Position numbers and translations under genes: made by a program. A stretch of 64,000 bases of DNA from the NCBI GenBank assembly GCA_030264375.1, contig JASCQW010000133.1, forward strand, positions 27,852,733 to 27,916,732. Reading direction: 5' to 3'. The notes beneath the pieces are model-generated. The model did not search any database, was not told the origin of the DNA, and saw only the letters and a list, made by a program, of their open reading frames with translations. How positions within the stretch are numbered: position 1 is the stretch's first letter; every line of letters begins with the position of its first letter. Source of the DNA: Carcharhinus longimanus (lineage: Eukaryota). Shown in pieces: positions 37,680 through 49,164 of this stretch.

Positions 37680-38200
37680 AAATCAGCGCTGGCAGCTCAC
37701 TCACACACCAAAACCAATGCTGGTCGCTCACACACACAAACACACACCCCAAAAGTCAATGCTGGCAGCTCACACACACACCAAACGTCAATGCTGACAG
37801 CCATCACACAGTAAAAACCAATGCTGGCAGCTCTCACACACACCGAAAGCCAATGCTGGCAGGTTGCACTCACATTGCCAGTCTCACCCACCTTCTCATC
37901 ACAAACACACATTGTCAACCCGCTTTCACATCACACACACACACACACACACACATTGCCAATCTCATCTTCTCATCACACACAGTAAGAAGTCTCATAA
38001 CACCAGTTTAAAGTCACTCACCTGATGAAGGGGCAGCCTCTAAAAGCCTGTGCTACCAAATAAATCTGTTGGACTTTAACCTGGTGTTGTGAGACTTCTT
38101 AATGTGCCCACTCCGTCCAATGCCAGCATCTCCACGTCATCATCACACACACATTGCCAATCTCATCTTCTCATCAAACACACACATTGCCAATTCCACC
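37680..38200 (+). repeat. CA-rich minisatellites immediately upstream of the AP1B1 promoter
   Basis: About 6 copies of AAAACCAATGCTGGCAGCTCACACACAC, then CACATTGCCAATCTCATCTTCTCATCACACA units and a (CA)n run. Confidence 0.85.
37981..38140 (+). mobile_element. Penelope pseudo-LTR fragment with inverted 5' arm and degenerate hammerhead core
   Basis: Inverted arms at 37981-38015 and 38072-38106. CTGATGA at 38022-38028. Same family as 47.0-47.4 kb and 53.8 kb. Confidence 0.7.
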
Positions 38201-38561
38201 TTGCTATAAATCAANNNNNNNNNNNNNNNNNNNNNNNNNNNNNNNNNNNNNNNNNNNNNNNNNNNNNNNNNNNNNNNNNNNNNNNNNNNNNNNNNNNNNN
38301 NNNNNNNNNNNNNNNNNNNNNNNNNNNNNNNNNNNNNNNNNNNNNNNNNNNNNNNNNNNNNNNNNNNNNNNNNNNNNNNNNNNNNNNNNNNNNNNNNNNN
38401 NNNNNNNNNNNNNNNNNNNNNNNNNNNNNNNNNNNNNNNNNNNNNNNNNNNNNNNNNNNNNNNNNNNNNNNNNNNNNNNNNNNNNNNNNNNNNNNNNNNN
38501 NNNNNNNNNNNNNNNNNNNNNNNNNNNNNNNNNNNNNNNNNNNNNNNNNNNNNNNNNNNNN

Positions 38562-38995
38562 GATGCTGCCTGGTTTGGAGGGTAGGTCTTATGAGGAAAG
38601 GTTGAGGGAGCTGGGGCTTTTCTCTTTAGAGTGGAGGACGATTAGAGGCTACTTAATAGAGGTTTATAAGATGATGAGGGGGATAGATAGAGTGAAAGTT
38701 CAGAGACTATTTCCTCAGGTGGATGTAGCTGTTACTAGGAAGCATAATTTTAAGGTTCATGGTGGAAGATAGAGGAGAGATGTTCGAGGTAGATTCTTTA
38801 CTCAGAGTGTTTGGGGTGTGGAATGCACTGCCTGCTGTGATAGTGGAATCGGACACTTTAGGAACTTTCAAGCGGTTATTGGCTAGGCACACCAGAATAA
38901 TAGGGAGTGGGATAGCTTGATCTTGGGTTCGGACATAGCTTGGCACAAATCGAGGGCCAAAGGACCTGTACTGTGCTGTACTGTTTTATGTTCTA
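38562..38995 (+). mobile_element. CR1 LINE 3' end
   Basis: MLPGLEGRSYEERLRELGLFSLEWRTIRGYLIEVYKMM followed by the 3' tail. Confidence 0.9.
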
Positions 38996-39008
38996 CCCTA
39001 TGTATGGG

Positions 39009-39297
39009 TTGGCACAGTAGTTAGTGCCGGTGCCTCACAGAACCTAGGACCCAGATTCAATTCCCAGCTTGGGTCACTGTCTGTATGGAGTCTGCTCGTT
39101 CTCCTTATGTCTGCATGGGTTTCTACCGGGTGCTCCGGTTTCCTCCCACAGTCCGAAAGATGTGCTGGTTAGGAACATTGGCCATACTAAATTTTCCCTC
39201 AGTGTACCCGAACAGGCGCTGGAGTGTGGCGACTTGGGGATTTCCACAGTAACTTCATTGCAGTGTTACTGTAAGCCTACTTGTGATATCAACAAAT
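39009..39297 (+). mobile_element. V-SINE, second subfamily
   Basis: Head, V-domain and the distinct tail. Confidence 0.85.
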
Positions 39298-40324
39298 AAC
39301 GTTATGTTTTGTGTGTATAGTGCGCAAGAAACAAACTTCTCACTGTATCCCAACACATCTGACAATAATAAATCAAATCAAATCAAAAAAGCTAAAATAA
39401 TTTATTGGGCACCCTTCACAACGAGAAGATATGCCTGCAATTGCCATTCTGAAATGGGTATTGCAGGCAGCAAATTTGTGCATCGTAAGATCCTAGACAT
39501 AGCAATGTGATGTGGCCAGATAATCTATTTTTGATTGATGCTGATTGAGGGATAAGCATTGGCTAAAAAACCACCTGTTAAGTCCCTGTTCTTGACAAAA
39601 AAAATTAAATCTGAAAATGTCTCATAAAACTACTTCCAAAAATTTTTCTGTTGTCAACTACCCTTTTTGTATCTTAACAGACAGAAGGTGATGTTTGCTA
39701 GTTAGTTTTGGCCTTGTTGAATTGGTAGAAGAAGCAGGTTTCTGGCTGATATGTATTTTGGTAGGATCTGGAATACAGGGTCTGCCTGAGAGTGCTGGAG
39801 GTGGATTCAGTTGCAATTTTCAAATGGCAATTGGCTAATTATCTGAAGGTAAAAGATATGCAAGGTTGTGGGGGAAAGACAGAAGAGTGGGACTATCTTA
39901 GTAACTCTAGCAGAGAGCTGGCACAAACATANNNNNNNNNNNNATATAGTCAAGATGAGTCTATATATAACCATTCTGTGATTGACAATTGTGTAACCAA
40001 AACTTTCAAAAATTGGGTTTGACTAATTACTATTAATTTACACAAAGTAGATGACTTGTCTTTACTTCACTTTCTTAACTCAGTCTTCTAAGTCTGAGAT
40101 TACTGAATTTATCCTGTTCATTTTAACTCTGAGGAGATATGGAGTGAGTGTCGAAAATAGACTATTTTCCCTTAACCTTCCATGGTATTACCATTACTGA
40201 TTCCACCACCATCCATATCCTGAGATTTCATATTGACCAGAAACTTAATTCGACAAGCCATATAAATACACAGCTGCAAGAGCAGGTAGGAGTCTGAGAA
40301 TCTGCGACAAGTCACTCACTGGTG

Positions 40325-41572
40325 TTGAAGATGAGACATTATGAATGGAGATTGGTTAATGAACATAGAATTGAGATTAGTGTGTTGTTTTCAGTTTGGC
40401 AAATTGTACCCAGTGAAATACGATAGGGATCAGTGATTGGGCTGCAACTATTTACGACCTATGTTAATAACTTGGATAAATGGATTAATTGGAAGGGCTA
40501 TAAATAGGTTAAGTGAGTAGGCAAAAAAATTGCAGATGGAGTATGATTTGAGGTAGCCCACTTTGACAGGAGAAATAGAAAAGCTAAATATTATTTAGAG
40601 AGAGGCTGCAACATGCTGAAGAGGGATCTGGGTATTCTTGAAGACAAATCAAAATATGTCTGTATGCAGATGCAGCAAGTAATTAGATAGGCAAATGGAA
40701 TGTTGACCTTTATTGCAAAGGGGATGGAATATAAAAATAGGGAATTGCTACAACTGCACAGTGAACGTTCGACCACACCTGGAGTGCTGTGTATGATTTA
40801 TCCTCCTTTCTTAAGAAGGGATATATTTGCGTTAGAAGCAGTTCAGATAAGATTCACTAGGCTGATCCTGTGATGAAGGAGTTGTCTTATGTGGAATGTT
40901 CAAACAGGTTAGGACTATGATCATTGGAGCTTAGGAAAATGAGGCATGATCTTAATAAAACATGTAAGATCCTGAGGGGGTTTGACAGAATCCCTACAGA
41001 AGCAGACTGTTCAGCCCATCAAGTCTATACCGACCACAATCCCACCCAGGACCTATTCCCATAATCCTCATTTACCCTGCTAATTCCCCTGACACTAGAG
41101 TCAATTTCGCACGGCCAATAAATGTAACCCTTACATTTTTGGACTGCGGGAGGAAACCCACAGACACGGAGAGGAAGTGCAAACTCCACACAGATAGTGA
41201 CCTGGGTCCCTGGCACTGTGAGGCAGCAGTGCCATTGTGCCGCCCCTGAAAGGATAGATGCTGAGAGGATGTTTCTCCTCATGGAGGATTCTAAAACAAA
41301 GAGCCACAGTTTAAAAGTAAGAGGTCACCCATTTAAGCTGGAGGTGAGAGTCTTTGGAATTCTCTTCCCCAGACAATAGTGGAGGCCGGTCATTGAATAT
41401 ATTTCAGGCTGTGTTGGACAGGTCTTTGATCAACACGGAGTCAAGGGTTATTGGGAATAGACAGGAAAGTGGAGTTAAGATTGCAATCAGATCCATGATG
41501 ATCTTATTGAATGGTGAAGCAGGCTTGATGGGCCGAATGACCTACTCCTGCTTACATTCCTTATAACTTTAT
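40325..41572 (+). mobile_element. Decayed CR1 RT/3' end with a nested minus-strand V-SINE (40989-41246)
   Basis: CR1 motifs (ANGMLTFIAKG, RPHLECCV). The SINE is flanked by imperfect TSD TGACAG (40983-40988) and TGAAAG (41247-41252). Confidence 0.85.
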
Positions 41573-42247
41573 GACCTCTTAATTCCCCAAAGCTGTCCAC
41601 AATTTACAAGGCACAAGTCAGGGAGTGTGACGAAAAGGTTCCTACTTGCCTGGATGACCGGCTCCAATAACATTGAAGAAGCTCAACACAATCCAGGAAG
41701 ACCCCCTGGCTTGGTGGCAATGGTAGAGTGGGGAATATGCCCACTTCATTTCCCAATTATGGCTAAGTAAGATGTTGCTGCTGCTGATGGCTCACATGCC
41801 TCATGATTTCCCCGTCTTGAGTCGCTCGATCTGTTTGCAATCTACTTAGCATGGTGGTACTGCCATACACCGTGATGTGAAGACAAGACTTTGTCTCCAT
41901 AAGGATTATGTTGTCATCACTTTACTGATAGAGTCATGGACAGATGCACTGGGGGCATGCAGATTAGCGAGGATGAAGTCAAGTATGCCTTTCTCTCTTG
42001 TTGGCTCCCTCACCACTTGCTGCAGAATCAGTCTAGAAGATATAGCCTTTGGCACTCCACTAAAGAGCAACTCTTGGTGATAGAAATTGAAATCCTGTAC
42101 TAAGGGCACATTCTATGCCCTTGCTTCCATCAGTTGTACCTCCACTAAGAGGTGTTCCACTGTCTGTAGTGGGATTTGATTTGAACCCTGGTCCCAAGTC
42201 ATTACCCAGGGTCTCTGGATTACTAGACCATTGACAATAGCCCTACA

Positions 42248-43018
42248 CTGCCTCCACCTGAGGAATCAATGTAATGAACCTTTGTTGCACTTCCTCTATA
42301 GCAAGTATATCCTTCCTTACGTAAGGAGGCTGAAACTGTACACAATACTCCAGGTGCAGTGTCATCAAGATGCTATACAACTGCAGCAAGACACCTTTAC
42401 TCCTGTAATCAAATCCTCTTGCAATTAAGACCAACATATTATTTGCCTTCCTCATTACTTGCTGCATCTGCATGTTATAGAGTCATAGAGGTTTACAGCA
42501 CGGAAACAGGCCCTTCGGCCCAACTTGTCCACACCACCCTCTTTTACCACTAAGCTAGTCCCAATTGCCTGCATTTTGTCCATATCCCTCTATACTCATC
42601 TTACCCATCCAAATGCTTTTCAAAAGACAAAATTGTACCCACCTCTACTATTACTTCTGGCAGCTTTTTCCAGACACTCAGCACACTTTGAGTGAAAAAA
42701 TTGACCCCCTGGACCTTTTTGTATCTCTCTTCTCTCACCTGAAAAATGTTAGCTTTCAGTAACTCATCAACAAGGACACCTTTGGTTATCAACACTCCCC
42801 AATCTCTCACCATTTAATAAATAGTTAATGCTTGTCTGTTTTTTCCTACCAATGTGGATAACTCCACATTTTTCCATATTATAGTCCATCTGCCATGTGA
42901 GAGGAAACAGGAATACTCAGAGGAAACCCACGCAGACACTTGGAAAATGTGCAGACTCCATGTAGACGGTGACCCAAGTTGGGAATTGAACCCGGATCCC
43001 TGGCGTTTTGAGGCAGCA
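42248..43018 (-). mobile_element. Cluster of nested CR1 fragments and a V-SINE head
   Basis: ORF 42243..42473 KANNMLVLIARG..HLEYCVQF; a second CR1 3' end at 42476-42745; a SINE head at about 42890-43018. Confidence 0.8.
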
Positions 43019-44843
43019 GGAAAAATGGATTACAAAGATCAAATGAAAGATTGGAATAGACAGAAGGGGTGAGGGTTGAAGCTAAAAAATCTGAAATATA
43101 AAAAGAGAAAAATATCCTACTAATTAATTAATTGACAGCCCCCTAAGATTACAATTGTCTTCAGGGCAAGTTGCACTGTTTGTCATATGTTCATAACATA
43201 TGTTAAAAACCCAATTAAACCTGATTGAACAAGCAGACATTTTGACAGGGCTTCTAAGAGACGTGTTGGAGTAGGACAGTTGAAATGGTTGCTGATTTTA
43301 ATGATTGCTGACTCTGGCAGGGCCTGGGGTGTGGTGGTGGAGGGGGAGGGGGGGGTCATGGGTTGGCACAAAGCAGCCTGAGTCTGACCACTAAGTGACA
43401 AACCGCAGCATCAGGATTTCCTTGCTCATCTCTGCATGCCTGGCTTTCTGAAGTTTTGCAAATGGCTTCAGGGGTTAGGACAGAAAATGCTGGCAATTCA
43501 CCACAACATTACCCCACTTCAATGCCATTAGGTTAAAAAATGAAATATGAATTTTTGCTGTGAACTTCTTAATCTCCAAACTGAAAATATTTTATGGAAG
43601 TGTTAATATTAGGCAGTCCTTTTAATTTTTTTGTCATGTGAATGTAATGTAGGAATATAAGACATCGGAGTTACAGCAGGGCCATACAGCCCTTCAAGCC
43701 TGCTCCACCATTCAATCAGATCATGGCTGATGTCTTTGTGGTGTCAACTACACTTTGCCATCTGCACCCCTGTTACTTCAACTCCCTAGTCAATTGAAAA
43801 TCTGTCAATCTGTGCCTTGAATAAGTTGAATGAACCAGCCTCCAATGACCCCTTGAGAGGAAACAAAACCTCCTAAATTCCATCTTAAACTGTGTCTAAA
43901 TTCTAGTCTCTCCCAAAAGTGGAACCATCCTCTTGCTATCTACATTATTAAACCCCCTCAGGATCTTATATGTCTCTATATGATCGTGTCTCATTCTTCT
44001 TACTCCAATGCGTTTAAGCCCTGTTATATATTTTAGTTGCATGATTGCTTTAAGAGCAGGTCACATGATTTCATTATGTCATTGGGGTTTTTCAGATGCT
44101 TTTGCTTTTAGTTTCAGTTTGTACTCTGTACAGGCGACATCACTTTCAATAAATCGGTTGCATGTTACTTTGAATCTATATGTACAAACTATATCTTTCC
44201 TCTTTGTTTAAAAACCCACAAGCCCCAACATAGTTCGGACATTTCAAATTGTCAATGAGTCAGGATTTTGTACAATTGGGAATATCTAGAAAAGATCCTA
44301 AATAAAAAGAAACACTGTGGAACCTTACATTTGGAATAGTAGAAGGCTGGGATAAAGGAACATGATGATTAAAGATTGAAGTGCTGTGCAAGGCTGATTG
44401 AGTAAGATAAAAGCTCTTTATGTAGTTTTAAAAGAAGAGGAATTTCTCCAATCCAAGAAGAGTGATATTCCAGGCATTATCTAGCATATTTGAAAAGATG
44501 GGATGCTTTGCTGTATGGCTGGCATTGTTTGAAATAAAATTCATAAAAGTCAACAGGCTTCAAGTAAAAAGGGAAGTATTGGGAAGACAGTAAAATAAAA
44601 ATGTACTGAGTAGTCTTGAACTGCTGTTGTCTGCAAGAGAAAGAATGGGTCAATTAGGATTCATGGGTCCCTTCAATAAAGAAATTGAATCATGGAGTTT
44701 ACAAGCAAAAGTAATTGCAAACACATTGCTCATAATAGTTTTTNNNNNNNNNNNNNNNNNNNNNNNNNNNNNNNNNNNNNNNNNNNNNNNNNNNNNNNNN
44801 NNNNNNNNNNNNNNNNNNNNNNNNNNNNNNNNNNNNNNNNNNN

Positions 44844-44916
44844 GAATGGCAGGGCAGGCTCGAAGGGCCAGATGGCCTACTCCTGCTCCTATTTCTTATG
44901 TTCTTATGTTCTTATG
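44844..44916 (+). mobile_element. Young CR1 3' end abutting a 100-N gap
   Basis: Near-identical tail to the copies at 10.0, 12.0 and 19.3 kb. Confidence 0.85.
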
Positions 44917-45509
44917 ACATTTCACATTATTCACTGATCATCAATCCTTTTCTATTTTTGGGCCAAATAAAGGCATACCTCTTAGTTGCTAACTGATTAC
45001 AAAGATGGTTACTGCTTGTGAAAATATTGTCAATCATTGTGCCATGCAAATGCTGATACAGTATCCTGTTTACCTTTACCTATTGAACAGATGCTACCAA
45101 CTAGTTTTGCTAATATTAGCCGGAATTCTCCGGCCTTTCAGGCCCTACCAACATTGCCAGTGAGAATAGAGAATCTGGTGCTCAGCCAACCCTCCATTTG
45201 CTGCAGTGTGACTGGAAAATCCCAGTTACCATCAATGTTGGGGAAACTGGCCCATTCTTTATTTGATCGTAGATCATTTTCCTGTGACTGCTCCTCAAGT
45301 TCAGAGACGTACCAGAAATGATCCTGTGATGGGAAAGGTGACGGATTTGGGATTGAAAAATGGATTCTCCACAATAGGCACCACCTGGGATGGACAACTC
45401 AAGCTTTCTTGACATATACGGTTTCAAATCAGGATGTGTATGATTTGTTCCTGCTATTGTTCCTTTCAATCCCAAATCCGTCACCTTTCCCATCACAGGA
45501 TCATTTCTG
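44917..45509 (+). mobile_element. Ty3/Gypsy pol relic (RNase H to pre-integrase linker), rearranged
   Basis: HFTLFTDHQ, GPNKGIP, LQRW, HANADTVSCLPLP, VDHFPVTAPQVQRRTRNDPVMGKV. The continuation PDLKPYMSRKLELS is inverted onto the minus strand. Confidence 0.8.
45118..45253. mobile_element. 136-bp MITE (PIF/Harbinger-like) with 3-bp TSD ATT
   Basis: ATT at 45115-45117 and 45254-45256. Degenerate TIRs AGCCGGAATTCTCC and GGGGAAACTGGCCC. Removing it restores the Gypsy reading frame. Confidence 0.7.
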
Positions 45510-45510
45510 A

Positions 45511-46050
45511 GGTCACAGCTGGAGTACCGTGTGCAGTTCTGGTTGCCACGTTCTCAGAAGGATGTGATTGCACTGGAGGGGTTGCAGAGAAGACTTACCA
45601 GGACGTTGCCTGGAATGGAACATTTAAGTAATGAAAAGAGTTTATATTTAAAGAGTGGTTGCGTAAGCTTGGGTTGTTTTTCTTGGAGCAGAGAAGCCTG
45701 AAGGGCGACCTAATCGAGGTGAACAAGATTATGAGAAACATGGATAGAATGGATAAGGAGCAGCTATTCCCCTTAGTTGAAGAGGCAGTCATGAAGGGCA
45801 ATAGGTTCAAGGTGAGGGGCTGGAGGTTTAGGAAGAGGAAAAACTTTTTTATCCAGATGGGCAATGACAGTCTGGAATGTGCTGCATAGGAGAGTGGTGG
45901 AGGTGATTGCCTCACACCCTTTTAAAAAGTATCTAGATGAACACCTGGCACATCATAACATTCAGAGCTACGGGCCAAGTGCTGGCAGATGGAATTAGAT
46001 GGGAGTTAAGGTGTTTTTAATGTGTGAGTGCGAACTCATCTGCACTGTAT
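45511..46050 (+). mobile_element. CR1 LINE 3' fragment
   Basis: LRKLGLFFLEQRSLKGDLIEVNKIM..KEQLFPL followed by a 3' tail. Confidence 0.88.
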
Positions 46051-46944
46051 GATATTATGGGGAAGCTAAGTTTAAAAGGATTTGTGAAGACAATAGAAAG
46101 TGAAAAAAAGTATTTATGAGAACAGGTTTTTAGCTAGACTGGAGTTGCAGTGGCAGAATCTCATTGAAGACCAGCTTCCTTGTGTTGAAGTTTGCTGAAA
46201 AGTTGTGAATTGAGAAAAACAACTTGTGAAGCAGTGTGTTTGAATCTGCCTTTGGAAAAGCACATCAGGGTGTTCCGTTCTGAGATGTTGCATAACATAC
46301 TTTTTGCCGTGGAAGGCAGTTTCTTGACTTGGGTAACGTTTCCTGAATTTTTTCAGTTAAGAATCTCAAAGGGCTGTTGCCAAAAATTTAGTTTCATTGT
46401 GTAGCTTTTGCAGAGCATTTTCGGGGGTTATCTTGTAAGATCATGTCTACATGTCGATCTTTTATCATGCGTGTTTAACTTTTTTATAATTAAACATTTT
46501 TAATTCAACTAATTTTATCACTGGAGTTTTATGTTTCTTGAATTTCCCTCTATGTTTCTACAAAAAAAAATTATGATGAGCTGACATGGATTTTAGTCTG
46601 AGATTTGGCTTGCTCACAATAACACCGGCTGTGGCTATAACATTAGTTGTTACCACGTCCATGAAAGACGGTTTCTTAAAGTACTGCTCCAAGAATACAC
46701 TGTCCAGAATACACTTAAGGAGCTCATATCTCTGGCTACATTTGCCAATCTGATTCACTGTAGATTAAAGTCACCCATGATAGTTGTGGTACTTTTTTTT
46801 TACATGCCTCATTTACTTCTTCCAGTATACTCTTTCCTACAGTGTAACTACTGCTTGGGAACATATAAACTATTGCCACAAATAACCTCTTCCCTTTACT
46901 ATTTCCTATCTCTATCCTAATCCTAATCCTACTCCATCTCTACT

Positions 46945-47597
46945 GTCTGTGGGGAGTTTGCACATTCTCCCCGTGTCCGAGTGGATTTCCTCCGGTGCTC
47001 TGGTTTCCTCCCACAGTAGTCATGATGTAGAGATGCCAGTGTTAGACTGGGGTAAACACAGTAAGAAGTCTCACAACACCAGGTTTAAGTCCAACCAGTT
47101 TATTTGATAGTAATCCCACAANNNNNNNNNNNNNNNNNNNNNNNNNNNNNNNNNNNNNNNNNNNNNNNNNNNNNNNNNNNNNNNNNNNNNNNNNNNNNNN
47201 NNNNNNNNNNNNNNNNNNNNNGTAAGAAGTCTCACAACACCAGGTTTAAGTCCAACCAGTTTATTTGATAGTAATCCCACAAGCTTTCAGAAACGGTGCT
47301 CCTTCGTCAGAACTTTCCACACACCTGGCGAAGGACCACCATTTCCGAAAGCTTGTGGGATTGCTATCAAATAAACTGGTTGGACTTAAACCCGGTATTG
47401 TGAGACTTCTTACTGTGTTCCTCCCACAGTCCGTAGATGTGCAAGTTATGTGGATTGGCCATACTAAATTGCCTCTCAGTGTCAGGGAGACTAGCTAAGG
47501 TAAATGCCTGTGATTATGGGGATAGGGCCTGGATGGGATTGTGGTCGGTGCAGATTCGATGGCTGAATGGCCTCCTTTTGCACTGTAGGATGCTATG
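46945..47597 (+). mobile_element. V-SINE interrupted by a Penelope-type insertion (47018-47417)
   Basis: The SINE body is split at TTCCTCCCACAGT, which is duplicated at 47005-47017 and 47418-47430. Confidence 0.85.
47018..47417 (-). mobile_element. Penelope-like fold-back insertion with two opposed minimal hammerhead motifs and a 13-bp TSD
   Basis: Inverted arms of about 90 bp (47222-47310 and 47325-47414). Minus strand: CTGACGA-AGGAGC-ACC-GTTTCT-GAAA-GCTT. Plus strand: CTGGCGA..GAAAGCTT. Confidence 0.75.
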
Positions 47598-48500
47598 CTA
47601 CCCAAATTGATTTTGTTCTTTCGAGCTTAGGTCACTTCTCACTACTGTAATAAAGACATCCTTAATTGACGGAGCTACCACACCACTTTTTCCTAGCTTC
47701 TTATCTTTTTGAAATGTCAAATATCCTTCAATATTTAGATTCCCAACCTTGGTCACCTGCAACCATGTCTCTCCAATGGTTATCAGGTCATACATATTTA
47801 ATTCTAGTTCTACCTGTATTAACAATTCAACCATTTTGTTACCAATGCTGCATACACTCAGATTATAATCTTTAACTAGTCTTTTTAACATTTCTGCATT
47901 CTCCGGCCTTATTTGTTGTTTCCTTAAATTTCTACTCTATTTGTTCCTGCCACACTCCAGTTATCGTTACTCAGGTTACTAGTCTACTCTATTGCCTTGT
48001 GGTTTCCCATTGATTTGCTACATTTCCTCTCACATGATTCCTTGCACCCACTATTTAGTTTAAAGATCTCTCTACCACCCTGGCTAAATGACTCACCAGA
48101 ACACTGGTCTCAACATGATTCAGGTATTGAGCATCCCAATGATACAGCACCCACTTGCTCACTAGTATTGGTGCCAATGCCCCATGAATCAAAATACATT
48201 TTTTCCACAGCAGTCTTTGAGCTATGCATTCATCTCTCTAATCATATTTACCCTTCACCAATTTGTTCATGGTTCAGGCAATAATCCAGAAATTATCTTC
48301 GAGACTCTACTATTTAATTTTGTTCCTTGCAGCTCATAACCTCTTTTCCAGTCCTTTCTATGTCATTGGTACCAAAGTGGACCATGGCAACTGGACCCCA
48401 CCCACTCGCAATTCCTCTCTAGCCCACAGCCGATGTCCTGAAGCCTGGCACCGGACAACCAACACAGCCATCTGGACTCATGCTCTTGGCTGCAGTCAAT
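47598..48500 (-). mobile_element. CR1 5'/AP-endonuclease region, decayed
   Basis: ORF 47598..47891(-) YDLITIGETWLQ..LNIEGYLTFQKDKKLGKSGVV matches the APE-domain N-terminus. Confidence 0.75.
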
Positions 48501-48639
48501 GACTCCCCTCCAAATTAGCTGAAACAACAGAAGGAAAGGTGATCCTACTGACTTTTACGTATTGCCATTGTTGAAGTTCACATTACCATCATTACCAATT
48601 CCTTTGTCTGAGACAGCATCTGACTGCCTGTAATAAAAG

Positions 48640-48995
48640 AAAAATACTGCGTATACTGGAAATCTGAAAAACAAAATGCTGGATAAACTTGGCAGGTCTG
48701 ACAGTGTCAATGTAAAGAGGAACAGAGTCAACAATGCAAGTTGATGTGACTCTTCAAAGAAGAATCACACAAAGTCAAAACATTAACTCTGGGTAGGATT
48801 GCCACCCCTCCCCAGCTGTGTATTTTTCAGCAATGGAGGCGACCCACCATTGGATAGTGGCCGAATCCTCTAGTCCCAAGCAAAGTGCAAAAGGTCACCT
48901 TCTGATGAACGGTCATCTAGCCGCGAAACATTGGCTCTATTTTCTCTCCCCACAGATGCTGTCAGACCTACTGAGATTTTCCAGCATTTGTTGTA
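48640..48995. mobile_element. Penelope-derived fold-back element with a hammerhead-like core
   Basis: Arms related to the 20.9 kb element. CTGATGA(48902-48908)-ACGGTCATCTAGCCGC-GAAAC. Confidence 0.55.
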
Positions 48996-49164
48996 CTTGC
49001 CTCTAGTTCCAATACTGTCCATGGGGTGTCCCGTTGTTCTCACCCTCTGCTGCCAGGGCGCTTGCAGGGTGTGGGGTGGGATGGAGGGGGGGAGGGTGTC
49101 ATCATTGGCAGGATTGGTAGATTCCACTGGCAGAAAACTCCTGGTTCCCTATTTCTCTACCTAA

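Noticed and set aside
37009-38011. Multiple overlapping ORFs near 37-38 kb
   Set aside because: By-products of GC-rich promoter sequence and CA-rich repeats; no protein similarity recognised.
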